Shown here: piece after piece, positions 51,092 to 60,400 of the stretch | Layout of the letters: each line of letters starts with the position of its first letter | How positions within the stretch are numbered: the stretch's first letter is position 1 | Origin: Bacteroidota bacterium | GTDB lineage: Bacteria; Bacteroidota; Bacteroidia; AKYH767-A; OLB10 | NCBI GenBank assembly: GCA_031418215.1 | Contig: JANOXC010000103.1 | Location: forward strand, 47,323 to 111,322 | Direction: 5' to 3' | Length of the DNA stretch: 64,000 nt | Made by a program: the position numbers and the translations under genes | The notes under the pieces: model-generated | Told to the model about the DNA's origin: nothing | The model's input: the letters and a program-made list of their open reading frames with translations, nothing else | The model's database searches: none

Positions 51092-51472
51092 TGTAAAACT
51101 TAAGATGCTAACACCTTGGCATTCGGATATTTCACTGTCCACAATTTTAAGGCAGACATGTGAGGGATAGTAATAAAGGTGCGTTCATCTAATTGAACTT
51201 TAATTTTTGCTTTCGTAGGAGCCTGCGTCATGATGCGGTTCTTTACTCTACTGGGATATTTATTTTTCATAGTACGAAGATAACCTTATTTAGCCAAATA
51301 AATTGCATAAACACTAATAAATATTACACTTATCAACAACGTAACATTGAAAATCAATGGGTAAGCTTCATTTGTTAGCTAAACTTTAACTTTTAGCTCA
51401 ATTCCTTTACAGTTGAGGGTTTGAAGGGCATTGGTCATTATTAGCCAAAAAGACCTTCATTCTTGCTTGAAC

Positions 51473-51480
51473 TATATTTG
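51473..51480 (+). promoter_or_regulatory. candidate Bacteroidota -7 promoter element TATATTTG (TAnnTTTG), 20 nt upstream of the SIMPL gene ATG
   Basis: It matches the consensus and the spacing is typical of short Bacteroidota leaders. Confidence 0.3.
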
Positions 51481-51500
51481 CAACCCAATTAGCTAATCCG

Positions 51501-52223
51501 ATGAAAAAAACAATACTCTTGGCCCTTTTGACAACTTTTACATGGAATGCCTTGTTTGCCCAACCAACCAATAGTTTACCCATTCCGGTTAAAAAAATTG
51601 AAGTTACCGGAATCGCTGAGATGGAAGTTGTGCCTGATGAAATATATATAGGTATAACACTTCAGGAATACTACAACAAACAAAAAGTAAAAATTGATAT
51701 TAATGAGATTTCGAAAAAGTTCCTGGCAACATGCGAGATGTCGGGTATCACTAAAGAAAGAATAGAAGTTCAAAATATGTCGGGATTTGATAATACGAAT
51801 TGGTGGAATAGCAGAAGAAAAAAGGAACAACCTGATTTATTGCAAGCTACAACTTATTTATTAAAATTCAACGCTCCCGGTGAAGTTGATAAGCTTGTAA
51901 ATATGTTGGATGATAACGCTACGCAGAATGTATTTGTTAGTAAAACATCAAGCTCAAAGGAAAAAGAATACCGTAAACAACTTAAAATTCAAGCTTTACA
52001 AAACGCAAAAGTAAAAGCAAACTATTTGTTGGAAGGTATTGGTGAAAAAGCAGGAAAGGTATTGTTTGTGAAAGAAGTTGACGCTGCACAACCAGAGTAT
52101 CCAATGTATCAAATGAAAATGGCAAATACAATGATGGCAGGTGATGCCGGCGCCAATGAAGGAATTAATTTCAAAAAAATAAAATACAGTTTTCAGGTGG
52201 AAGCACATTTTGCAATTGAATAG
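51501..52223 (+). CDS. SIMPL domain (DUF541) periplasmic protein
   Basis: It has a signal peptide and the SIMPL-like N-terminal core KIEVTGIAEMEVVPDEIYIGITLQ. The protein is 240 aa. Confidence 0.7.
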   Translation: MKKTILLALLTTFTWNALFAQPTNSLPIPVKKIEVTGIAEMEVVPDEIYIGITLQEYYNKQKVKIDINEISKKFLATCEMSGITKERIEVQNMSGFDNTNWWNSRRKKEQPDLLQATTYLLKFNAPGEVDKLVNMLDDNATQNVFVSKTSSSKEKEYRKQLKIQALQNAKVKANYLLEGIGEKAGKVLFVKEVDAAQPEYPMYQMKMANTMMAGDAGANEGINFKKIKYSFQVEAHFAIE

Positions 52224-52232
52224 AAAAAAAAC

Positions 52233-52436
52233 AATTTGAAAATTCGAAAATTCGACAATTTGAAAATGAAGCCATAATTAATCCTTATCTGTATAAGAGG
52301 CAAGGATGAGTCTGAATTTTTAAACTGAAAATTGAATTATTCTCCTCAATAATTTATTGATAAAATGAAAGGAATATATATTCCATTTAAATAAACAGAC
52401 AATTATCTAATTTTCAAATTGTCGAATTTTCAAATT
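52233..52436. repeat. inverted repeat pair: 27-bp perfect IR (AATTTGAAAATTCGACAATTTGAAAAT / reverse complement; the left copy has an 8-bp internal duplication) bracketing a 142-bp AT-rich segment
   Basis: Seen directly in the sequence. IR-L is at 52233-52267 and IR-R at 52410-52436. It is intergenic, between the SIMPL gene and the cytochrome c gene. Confidence 0.8.
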
Positions 52437-52473
52437 AAAAACATCTATTTTCACCAACCAAACCCAACACACT

Positions 52474-53088
52474 ATGTTCACAGGAATGTTACACACCCAT
52501 AAATTAGTAGTTACCCTTTTTCTGCTGATTTACCTCATCAAAACTATTTTACTGCTGCTGAATAAAAATGAAACACTGCAAAGTTTTATCAAAAAAACAC
52601 GCATCGCTGAAATGATCATTAGTGTTGCTTTTCTGGCAACAGGAATATATCTGGCTAATAACAGTGGCAACATCGGACAATTATTTTGGATCAAAATTAT
52701 ATGCGTTGCTGCTTCCATCCCAATTGCTGTAGTTGCCTTTAAAAAATCAAAAAAAGCACTTGCGGTATTGGCTCTTTTATTAATAATAGCTTCCTACGGT
52801 TTAGGTGAAATGGGAAAGAAAGGTAAGAAAACCAATCCTCAGGAATTTGCAAATGTTGAAGCAGCACAATTGGGCCAATCGATTTATGAAAAGAAATGCA
52901 TGAATTGTCATGGCGCAGATGGAAAACTGGGACTCAGCGGTTCAAAAGATCTGACGGTTTCCGTATTGACACGGGAAGAAAAAATAATTGCAATCAAAGA
53001 AGGCAAGAATGCCATGATGAGCTTTAAGGATCAACTGGACGATGAGCAGATAAACGCTGTCGTTGACTATGTTTCTCAATTCAAATAG
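52474..53088 (+). CDS. membrane-anchored class I c-type cytochrome (4 TM N-domain plus monoheme CMNCHG domain)
   Basis: Four hydrophobic helices are followed by a single CXXCH motif and a Met-containing distal region (NAMMSF). Confidence 0.75.
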   Translation: MFTGMLHTHKLVVTLFLLIYLIKTILLLLNKNETLQSFIKKTRIAEMIISVAFLATGIYLANNSGNIGQLFWIKIICVAASIPIAVVAFKKSKKALAVLALLLIIASYGLGEMGKKGKKTNPQEFANVEAAQLGQSIYEKKCMNCHGADGKLGLSGSKDLTVSVLTREEKIIAIKEGKNAMMSFKDQLDDEQINAVVDYVSQFK

Positions 53089-53130
53089 TTTAGATGTTTT
53101 TCTTTATACTCCGGCAAAATTATATATATA

Positions 53131-54354
53131 ATGGACCAGAATAATTTTGATGTAATCGTAATTGGTGGCGGCATTGTTGGGCTTGCTTCAGCATACAAAT
53201 TAAATGTGCATCATCCTCATTTAAAAATTTGCGTACTTGAAAAGGAAAGCGCTGTTGCCGCACATCAGACCGGGAGAAACTCAGGAGTAATTCATTCAGG
53301 CATTTATTATAAGCCGGGGAGTTATAAAGCAAAGAATTGTGTGGATGGCAGACGCGAACTTGTGCAATTTGCGCGTGAGCATAATGTGCGACATGATGTA
53401 TGCGGTAAAATCATCGTTGCAACACAGGAAAAAGAATTACAGCACATGGAACGCGTTTATAATAACGGCATCCAAAATGGTGTGGAAGATTTAGAAAAAA
53501 TTACGGCAGCTCAAATAAAGGAAATAGAACCTTTTTGTACAGGTATTGCCGGATTGCGTGTTGGTTGCACAGGAATTATTGATTTCGTTGGTGTATGTAC
53601 TACGCTATCATCCCTGATTGAAAATAAATTTCCGGGAAGTAAAGTAAAATTGAATCATGAGGTTAAAGCTTTTGTTAAAGCTGCTGATCACACAACCCTT
53701 ATTACCAATCATGGAAACTTTACTGCTAAATATTTAGTAAACTGCACCGGATTATTTGCTGATCGAATTGCAAAAAAAGATGATGTTAAACCCGGCATGC
53801 AAATCGTTGGATTCCGAGGCGATTATTATGAATTGACTCCTGAAGCACAACATAAAGTCAAGCACCTTATTTACCCTGTTCCTGATCCGCAATTTCCATT
53901 TTTAGGAGTGCACTTTACACGCATGCTCAACCATCCAACTGAATGCGGCCCAAATGCCGTCTTTACATTTAAAAGAGAAGGATATGGTAAAACAGACTTT
54001 GACCTTCGTGATACGTTGGAAGCAATTACTTACGTTGGCACCTGGAAATTGTTTTTTAAACATTGGCGCTTCGGACTTGATGAATACAGACGTGCTTTTT
54101 CAAAAAAATTATTTCTTGAACGCTTACAACGACTAGTTCCATCCTTAACAATGAGTGATATCGAACCTGGTCGTGCCGGAGTAAGAGCGATGGCGCTTGA
54201 TAGTGAGGGAAATATGATTGATGATTTCAAAATCGTACATAGCGAACGATCCTTACATGTTTTAAATGCTCCTTCTCCGGCTGCTACTGCTTGTCTTGCC
54301 ATCGGAAGTGCGGTGAACGATATGGCGGCTGCACATTTTCAACTTGACAGATAG
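53131..54354 (+). CDS. lhgO: L-2-hydroxyglutarate oxidase/dehydrogenase (FAD-dependent)
   Basis: The N-terminal FAD motif DVIVIGGGIVGLASA is present. The DAO-family length of 407 aa fits, and the overall pattern is LhgO-like. Confidence 0.75.
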   Translation: MDQNNFDVIVIGGGIVGLASAYKLNVHHPHLKICVLEKESAVAAHQTGRNSGVIHSGIYYKPGSYKAKNCVDGRRELVQFAREHNVRHDVCGKIIVATQEKELQHMERVYNNGIQNGVEDLEKITAAQIKEIEPFCTGIAGLRVGCTGIIDFVGVCTTLSSLIENKFPGSKVKLNHEVKAFVKAADHTTLITNHGNFTAKYLVNCTGLFADRIAKKDDVKPGMQIVGFRGDYYELTPEAQHKVKHLIYPVPDPQFPFLGVHFTRMLNHPTECGPNAVFTFKREGYGKTDFDLRDTLEAITYVGTWKLFFKHWRFGLDEYRRAFSKKLFLERLQRLVPSLTMSDIEPGRAGVRAMALDSEGNMIDDFKIVHSERSLHVLNAPSPAATACLAIGSAVNDMAAAHFQLDR

Positions 54355-54482
54355 ATTAATCAATCATATTTTTATGGTTGACAATACTGGTTTTTCCAAT
54401 TTCGCTGAATCACTTTACCAATTAAGAACAAATTGGTAGTTAATTTTCACTAGCGCCGAAAAAGGGGATTTAATATTCTATA

Positions 54483-54490
54483 ATTTTGAA
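54483..54490 (+). promoter_or_regulatory. candidate -7 promoter element TAATTTTG (TAnnTTTG), 77 nt upstream of the 54568 CDS
   Basis: It matches the consensus. The leader contains the recurrent AAACCTTTAAACTTTCA motif. Confidence 0.3.
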
Positions 54491-54567
54491 AATAATTTGA
54501 GGCATTTTTTTCATTCACAAACCAAACCTTTAAACTTTCATCGAAATTAATTTAGCTAAAAAACAAA

Positions 54568-56121
54568 ATGAAACATTCCATTTTAACAATATTATTTGCA
54601 TTAAGTGCACTTATTACATCGGCTCAACAAACAAGTTTTGAATTAACTGCAAATATTACGAACAATGATGTGGCCGCAGATATAGTCGAAAACGCAGATG
54701 GTGATTTTGTTGCGGTAACAACAACCGTTGTTTCCAATAATTTTGATGTAACACTTATTAAATTTTCTGCTGCCGGAGTGGTACTTGCAACGGCAACTAT
54801 TGGCACATCGCAAAATGAGATTGCAAAGTCTATTTGCACCACTGCTGATGGTGGATATTTCATAACCGGGTATGCGAATACGACATTTAGCGACAATGAT
54901 GCGCTTGTAATAAAAGTTGATTCAAGTTTCCAGATTCAATTTATGAAAAGGTTTGGAACTACTCCGGGTAATGATTATGCAAACGAGGGATTTGAAGCCT
55001 CTCCAGGTCAATTTACTTTTACCGGTACTATTGCAATTGGAGGAAGTGCAAAGCCATCCAGGGTTACTTTGGATGAAAACGGTATTGTAATCAGTCAATC
55101 ATATTTGAACACCAATCAATTTGCCAGCCCGAATTACCGTGGAAACTATCTTGGCAATGGCTTAATTGGGTTCGCACATCTTTCAAATGCAATTTCTATT
55201 GTAGACACTTCCGGAAATGTTGTAAGGGATTTTCCTTTTACAGCAGGTACATTCACCTCTTCTGTCATAAGGACAAATGACGGTAAGTTTGTGGCTATTG
55301 GATTAGCAAACTTAGGTGGGTCAAGCACGACCGTTTCTTTTTGTAAAGCAGATACCACTACGAATTTACTTTCCATGACCAATGAATATGGATACAACGG
55401 CTTCAGCCTTGAGCCTGTAGGAATAGTTCAAGATGCTCAAAATAATTATTTCATTGCCGTTAACAAGATTGATAATGGCACCGGTTTCAGTAAAGCGATG
55501 GTTGTTAAAACAAATCCTTTAGGAACCGTTTTATGGGGTAAGCAATATAACGCTGTGTCAACAATTGATGGGCGCGTGAACAGTATAATTCTTACATCTG
55601 ATGGCGGAATTATGATTGCCGGAAGTATTGATTTAACCGGCACGAATCCTGATTTGTTTTTTGCTAAAATAGATTCTTTTGGTTCCAGTACATGTAATAC
55701 ATTAACTGTCACTATTGCATCATCAACTTATAGCCCAAATTCCGCTACACCGCATACTATGAATGCAGGGACAATAAACACCATTACTTTAGGAACACCC
55801 TATGATTTTCCTGTAACGCCGCTACCTAATTTAATGTGCATTACCATCGATATAAATGATGTCACAGCTAAAGATATGAGTGTTAAGGTATACCCAACCT
55901 TGTTTGATCAGTTTGTTACTGTTGAATCAGATGAACCATCACAACGCCTGAATGTTTGTATTACTGATCTGAATGGTAGCGAAGTTTTTAGAAAATCATT
56001 TTATGGAAATGAACAACTAAACCTCAGCAACCTTGCTTCTGGAAGTTATATTATTAATATTGAAAATGCAGAAAAGTCGCAGACTATTCACCGTAAACTG
56101 ATAAAAGCAACGTTTCATTAA
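54568..56121 (+). CDS. secreted beta-propeller-like repeat protein with a T9SS type-A C-terminal sorting domain
   Basis: It has the signal peptide MKHSILTILFALSALITSAQ and repeated 'DGG..I.G' blades. The C-terminus 'VKVYPTLFDQFVTVE...SGSYIINIEN...' matches a Por sorting domain. Confidence 0.75.
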   Translation: MKHSILTILFALSALITSAQQTSFELTANITNNDVAADIVENADGDFVAVTTTVVSNNFDVTLIKFSAAGVVLATATIGTSQNEIAKSICTTADGGYFITGYANTTFSDNDALVIKVDSSFQIQFMKRFGTTPGNDYANEGFEASPGQFTFTGTIAIGGSAKPSRVTLDENGIVISQSYLNTNQFASPNYRGNYLGNGLIGFAHLSNAISIVDTSGNVVRDFPFTAGTFTSSVIRTNDGKFVAIGLANLGGSSTTVSFCKADTTTNLLSMTNEYGYNGFSLEPVGIVQDAQNNYFIAVNKIDNGTGFSKAMVVKTNPLGTVLWGKQYNAVSTIDGRVNSIILTSDGGIMIAGSIDLTGTNPDLFFAKIDSFGSSTCNTLTVTIASSTYSPNSATPHTMNAGTINTITLGTPYDFPVTPLPNLMCITIDINDVTAKDMSVKVYPTLFDQFVTVESDEPSQRLNVCITDLNGSEVFRKSFYGNEQLNLSNLASGSYIINIENAEKSQTIHRKLIKATFH

Positions 56122-56255
56122 GTTATAGTTTACAATACTGCACTTTATTTTAATTACGACCATGTTTTTTCTATTGAGTTTTTATGCGGAAGAAGGAATA
56201 GAAACAAACAGCTAACTGCTTTTCGTTATTGTTTTCTCAAGGCATCATCCTTAAT

Positions 56256-56723
56256 TTCACGCAGAGAACGCTGAGGAGCGGAGAACGCAGCTATGAAAAT
56301 AAATGAAATTACTTCGGTTGTAATTGAAGAAAGTATATATATACACCGATCACTTGGGCCGGGTTTATTTGAATCGGTTTATGAAGAAGTGCTTGCTTAT
56401 CGTTTAACAAAACGTGGCTTGATGGTCAAATGCCAAAAAGGAATTCCCGTTTTGTTTGAAGATGTTAAAATGAATGTTGGTTTCCGCGCTGATTTAATAG
56501 TGAATGATAAAGTCCTGTTAGAAATTAAATCCCTGGAAGTAGTTCCCAAAGTTGCAGAAAAGCAGGTTATGACTTATTTACGTTTAAGCGGAATACAAAT
56601 TGGATTGTTAATCAATTTTAATGTGGAAAGATTAGTGGATGGAGTTAAGCGTATTGCAAATCACTATAAAGAAGATTAACATTCCTCTGCGCCCTCCGCC
56701 TCTCTGCTTCCTCTGCGTGAAAT
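56256..56723. other. GC-rich cassette: GxxExxY gene flanked by approximately 38-bp imperfect terminal inverted repeats (12-bp perfect core TTTCACGCAGAG / CTCTGCGTGAAA)
   Basis: Left IR is at 56256-56292 and right IR at 56684-56723. The arms are about 70% complementary overall. Their GC-rich composition contrasts with the AT-rich surroundings. Confidence 0.55.
56293..56679 (+). CDS. GxxExxY protein (PD-(D/E)XK nuclease superfamily)
   Basis: 128 aa with the 'GPGLFESVYEEVL' motif (GxxExxY). It has a D...E.K-like core (ADLIVNDKVLLEIKS). Confidence 0.8.
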   Translation: MKINEITSVVIEESIYIHRSLGPGLFESVYEEVLAYRLTKRGLMVKCQKGIPVLFEDVKMNVGFRADLIVNDKVLLEIKSLEVVPKVAEKQVMTYLRLSGIQIGLLINFNVERLVDGVKRIANHYKED

Positions 56724-56733
56724 GAATGGATTA

Positions 56734-57384
56734 TCAATGCTTGAGTTTATCCTTAAAAACCTTCTTAAACTTATCCAACTTAGGTTCAATTACCATGGAA
56801 CAATAAGGCTGGTTCTTATTGTTATTGTAATAATCCTGGTGATATTTCTCTGCACTGAAAAATTTAGTGTATGGGGAGATTTCTGTTACCACAGGTTTAG
56901 TAAATGATCCTGATTTATCCAGTTCAGCTTTATAATGCTCCGCTAATTTTTTTTGTTCTTCATTGTGATAAAAAACTACAGAACGGTATTGTGTTCCGAT
57001 ATCTGCACCCTGTCTGTTTAATGTTGTAGGATCATGAACTGTCCAGAATACCTCCAGCAATTCTGTAAAAGATATTTTCGTTGGATCATAAACAATCTGG
57101 CACACTTCTGCATGTCCTGTTTCTCCTGAACAAACAGCTTCATAGGACGGATTATCTGATTCCCCTCCGGCAAATCCTGAAGTAACTTTCTCGACTCCAA
57201 CCAACTGCTGGTAAACAGCCTCCACGCACCAAAAACAACCGGCACCAAATGTGGCGGTATCAATTTTACTATTCACTTTATTTCCTGTCTCCATATTTTT
57301 TAGATGTATTTCTTTAGCCGGCTGCCCGCATGCAATGCAGGAGAAAAGCATAAATATATATATAATTCCTGAAATATTTTTCAT
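56734..57384 (-). CDS. msrA: peptide-methionine (S)-S-oxide reductase MsrA, exported/lipoprotein form
   Basis: The GCFWC active-site motif is present and there is an N-terminal signal or lipobox (LFSCIAC). The protein is 216 aa. Confidence 0.9.
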   Translation of the reverse strand: MKNISGIIYIFMLFSCIACGQPAKEIHLKNMETGNKVNSKIDTATFGAGCFWCVEAVYQQLVGVEKVTSGFAGGESDNPSYEAVCSGETGHAEVCQIVYDPTKISFTELLEVFWTVHDPTTLNRQGADIGTQYRSVVFYHNEEQKKLAEHYKAELDKSGSFTKPVVTEISPYTKFFSAEKYHQDYYNNNKNQPYCSMVIEPKLDKFKKVFKDKLKH

Positions 57385-57468
57385 GCCTTTTTTTATTATT
57401 TAGTTTATCGATAAACGATGAAACAATTCAATTATTCTCTTTGCTCAAAAATAAAATCCTTTTTCTGA

Positions 57469-60400
57469 TTAACGAATCAAAGAGAATTTGCCCTTGAAAG
57501 AAAAATCTTTATTCAATTGATCTGCAATCCTGAGTTGGTACATGTAAACCCCTATTGTTGCAGGATCACCATTCGAAAGGTTCCCGTTCCATCCTATTGT
57601 TGGATTGGTGGAAATAAATATTTGCTGTCCCCATCGGTCCCATACGATGAATTCATAATCCGAAATATCGGTTGCTCCATAATAGGTTGGAAACACTTCA
57701 TTCTTTCCATCTCCATTTGGCGTAAAGGCTGATGGTATATAAATTGGTGAAACAGTTATTTCAAGATGTTCCTTATCCTCGCAATCAGCCGGGTTAAAAG
57801 CCGTTAAAACAACTTTATAATATCCGGGTTCACGATAGTTATGTAATGGGTTAACTTCTGTTGAACCACTCTGATCACCAAAATCCCAATGAAAACGAAC
57901 AGCATTTATACTCGCATTGGTAAAACTAATCGGACCACCAAAAACACTTTCGATGTTAGTGCTGGTAGTAAATGCTGCAACAGGATCAGGGAAACGGGTA
58001 ATTTGTACGATGCTGCTGTCGCTGGATGTACAACCGTAAGGACTGATAATAGTGAGCACAACCACATACTCCCCTTCGACGGTATACCAATGAACAGGTG
58101 ACATTTTAATGGATGAATCACCATCACCAAAACTCCAGTGAAAAGTTGAACCATTATCAAATGTTGACTGATTTCTGAACAATATTTTAAACGCCTCGCA
58201 CTCCGAGCTACTGTCAACTGTAAATGATATTAAAGGAAAATCATGAACAGTTACTACAACAGGATCCGATGTTTTTACACATCCATTGGGATTGGTAACT
58301 GCAACATTATATGTTCCATTATTGCTAACAGTAATATTATTGCTTGTTGCACCATTGGACCATTGATAAGTACCCGGACTAACAACAGTGATGGTAACAT
58401 CTCCTCCCTGACAAAATGCAATAGGACCGTTCACTGTAACTACTGCAAATGATGAGAGCGTATCTATATAAATAGGATTAGATTGCGCAAGACATCCGAT
58501 AGAATCAGCTACTGTTACAGCATAACTTCCTTCCGTACCAACAGTTATATGATCAGCTGTTGAACCATTTGACCATAAATAACCCGATCCGAAATTTGCT
58601 TGAAGTGTTGCGCTTTGATTCGGACATAACCGAACGGTATCGGCAAGCGGGCTGACTATCTGTGCAACAGGAATACTGGTAATAATGTTGACAGCAGCAG
58701 AAGTTGCTTTACATCCTATTGAATCGGTAATTGTTACCGTAACTGTGTAATTTCCGTTTCCAATTGCATTATTTGTTGAAGAAGTAGTATTGTCAGACCA
58801 CTGATATCCTTGGTTGTTGTTTGCTGTTCCATTATACGCAGTTAATACTGTTGCGGCATTCTGACATATCACAACATTGCCTGAAGGAGAAATAGTGGCT
58901 TGGGGTATACTAAGATTTGTATACACCAAATCCGATGTGTCCTTACAACCGTTTACATCGGTAACAACAACATAATATATATTGGCATTATTCACCCAGA
59001 TGGAAGGGGAAGCAGCACCATTCGACCATACGTGAGTTGGATTTGCTGTTTCCGTCAACTGGATACTGTCGCCTGTACAAAATGTAAATGTACCACCGGC
59101 TTGCAACACCGCCAATGCTTCGTTCACGACTATATTAACTTGTGTATTCGCTGAACAGCCATAAAGATCAGTAACAGTAACACTCACCATTCCGGCATTG
59201 GTAATAACTACAGAAGAATCTGTTTCGCCATTTGACCAAAGCCATGCACTGCCGGTATTGGCATTTAATGTTACACTGCTGCCCTTACAGAATGTAGTAT
59301 CTCCAATATTGGTAATATTTGCTACAGGTATACTCTGGCTAACGGTTAGTGATGCTACTGCCGAACAAGTATCACTATTGGTCACAGTAACAGTGTATAG
59401 ACCGGGTGCATTAATATTAATTAATTGCGAGGTAGCTCCTGTTGACCATGCATAACTGAGCCCGTTATTGGCTGTCAATGAAAATGTAGCACCTGGACAG
59501 AAATAGAGTGATGGGTCCTGCGGTATGATGGCTGCTGCCGGGGAACTTTGTGTAATTATAACAGGAACAGCGGTGGCTATACATCCATTTGCATTTGTTA
59601 TAGTGACTGTGAAAGTATCTGCCTGACTAATATTGATACTTGCACTTGTTGCACCGTTGCTCCAAGTATATTGCAATCCATTTGCCGGTGAGGCATCCAT
59701 ACTGATTATTTCATTGGGGCAAATTACATTATCGCTGTTCACAGTAATTTGTGCAGTAGCGATATTCATTTGTGTATTTAGCGTGTTAGAAGTTGCTATG
59801 CAGCCAACACTATCAGTAACTGTTAAATTAATAGCAGCAGTTTGAGAAACAGTTATCGACGAAGATCCGGTAATGCCGGTACTCCAGTTATAAGAAGCAA
59901 AACTTGCAGATGAAGCATTAATAATTGCATTGCTTCCCTGGCAAAAATTGAGTGGGTCGGTAGTTGAGATGGTAACTTGTGGATCACTCACCGTAACTTT
60001 TACCTGTCTTGTATGTTTGCATAGATCAGTTGCGGTAACCGTCACGGTATATATATTCGTAAGCAAAGCATTTGCAGCAACAGCAGCAGTTATTGCACCT
60101 GTTGACCACTGGTAAGTCCCACCACCTGTAGCTACAACGGAAATATTGGTGCCAATACAAATAGTAGTATCAGCAGCAGGTGAAACAATTGCAGCCGAAG
60201 ATGAACTCATATATATATTAACCGGTGATGAGGTAAAATGGCATGTATTCGCATTTTGCACATCCACAGAATAGCTTCCTGCAGCATTAACCCATATTGA
60301 TGACCCTGTTAATCCTGTCGGTAATCCGTTATTCAACCAGTCATAAGAAATTCCACCAGCAGGATTTGCAAACAACTGAATAGAATCTCCAGGACACAGA

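Noticed and set aside
51193-51378. 61-aa plus-strand ORF in the DUF1211-SIMPL intergenic region
   Set aside because: Its low-complexity, Cys/Phe-rich translation overlaps a more plausible minus-strand small ORF. There are no promoter or leader features.
52268-52409. The IR-bracketed segment as a classical Bacteroides-type invertible promoter
   Set aside because: No TAnnTTTG -7 consensus occurs in either orientation within the 142-bp core. It is kept only as a generic IR element (invertible/MITE/long stem) pending read-level evidence.
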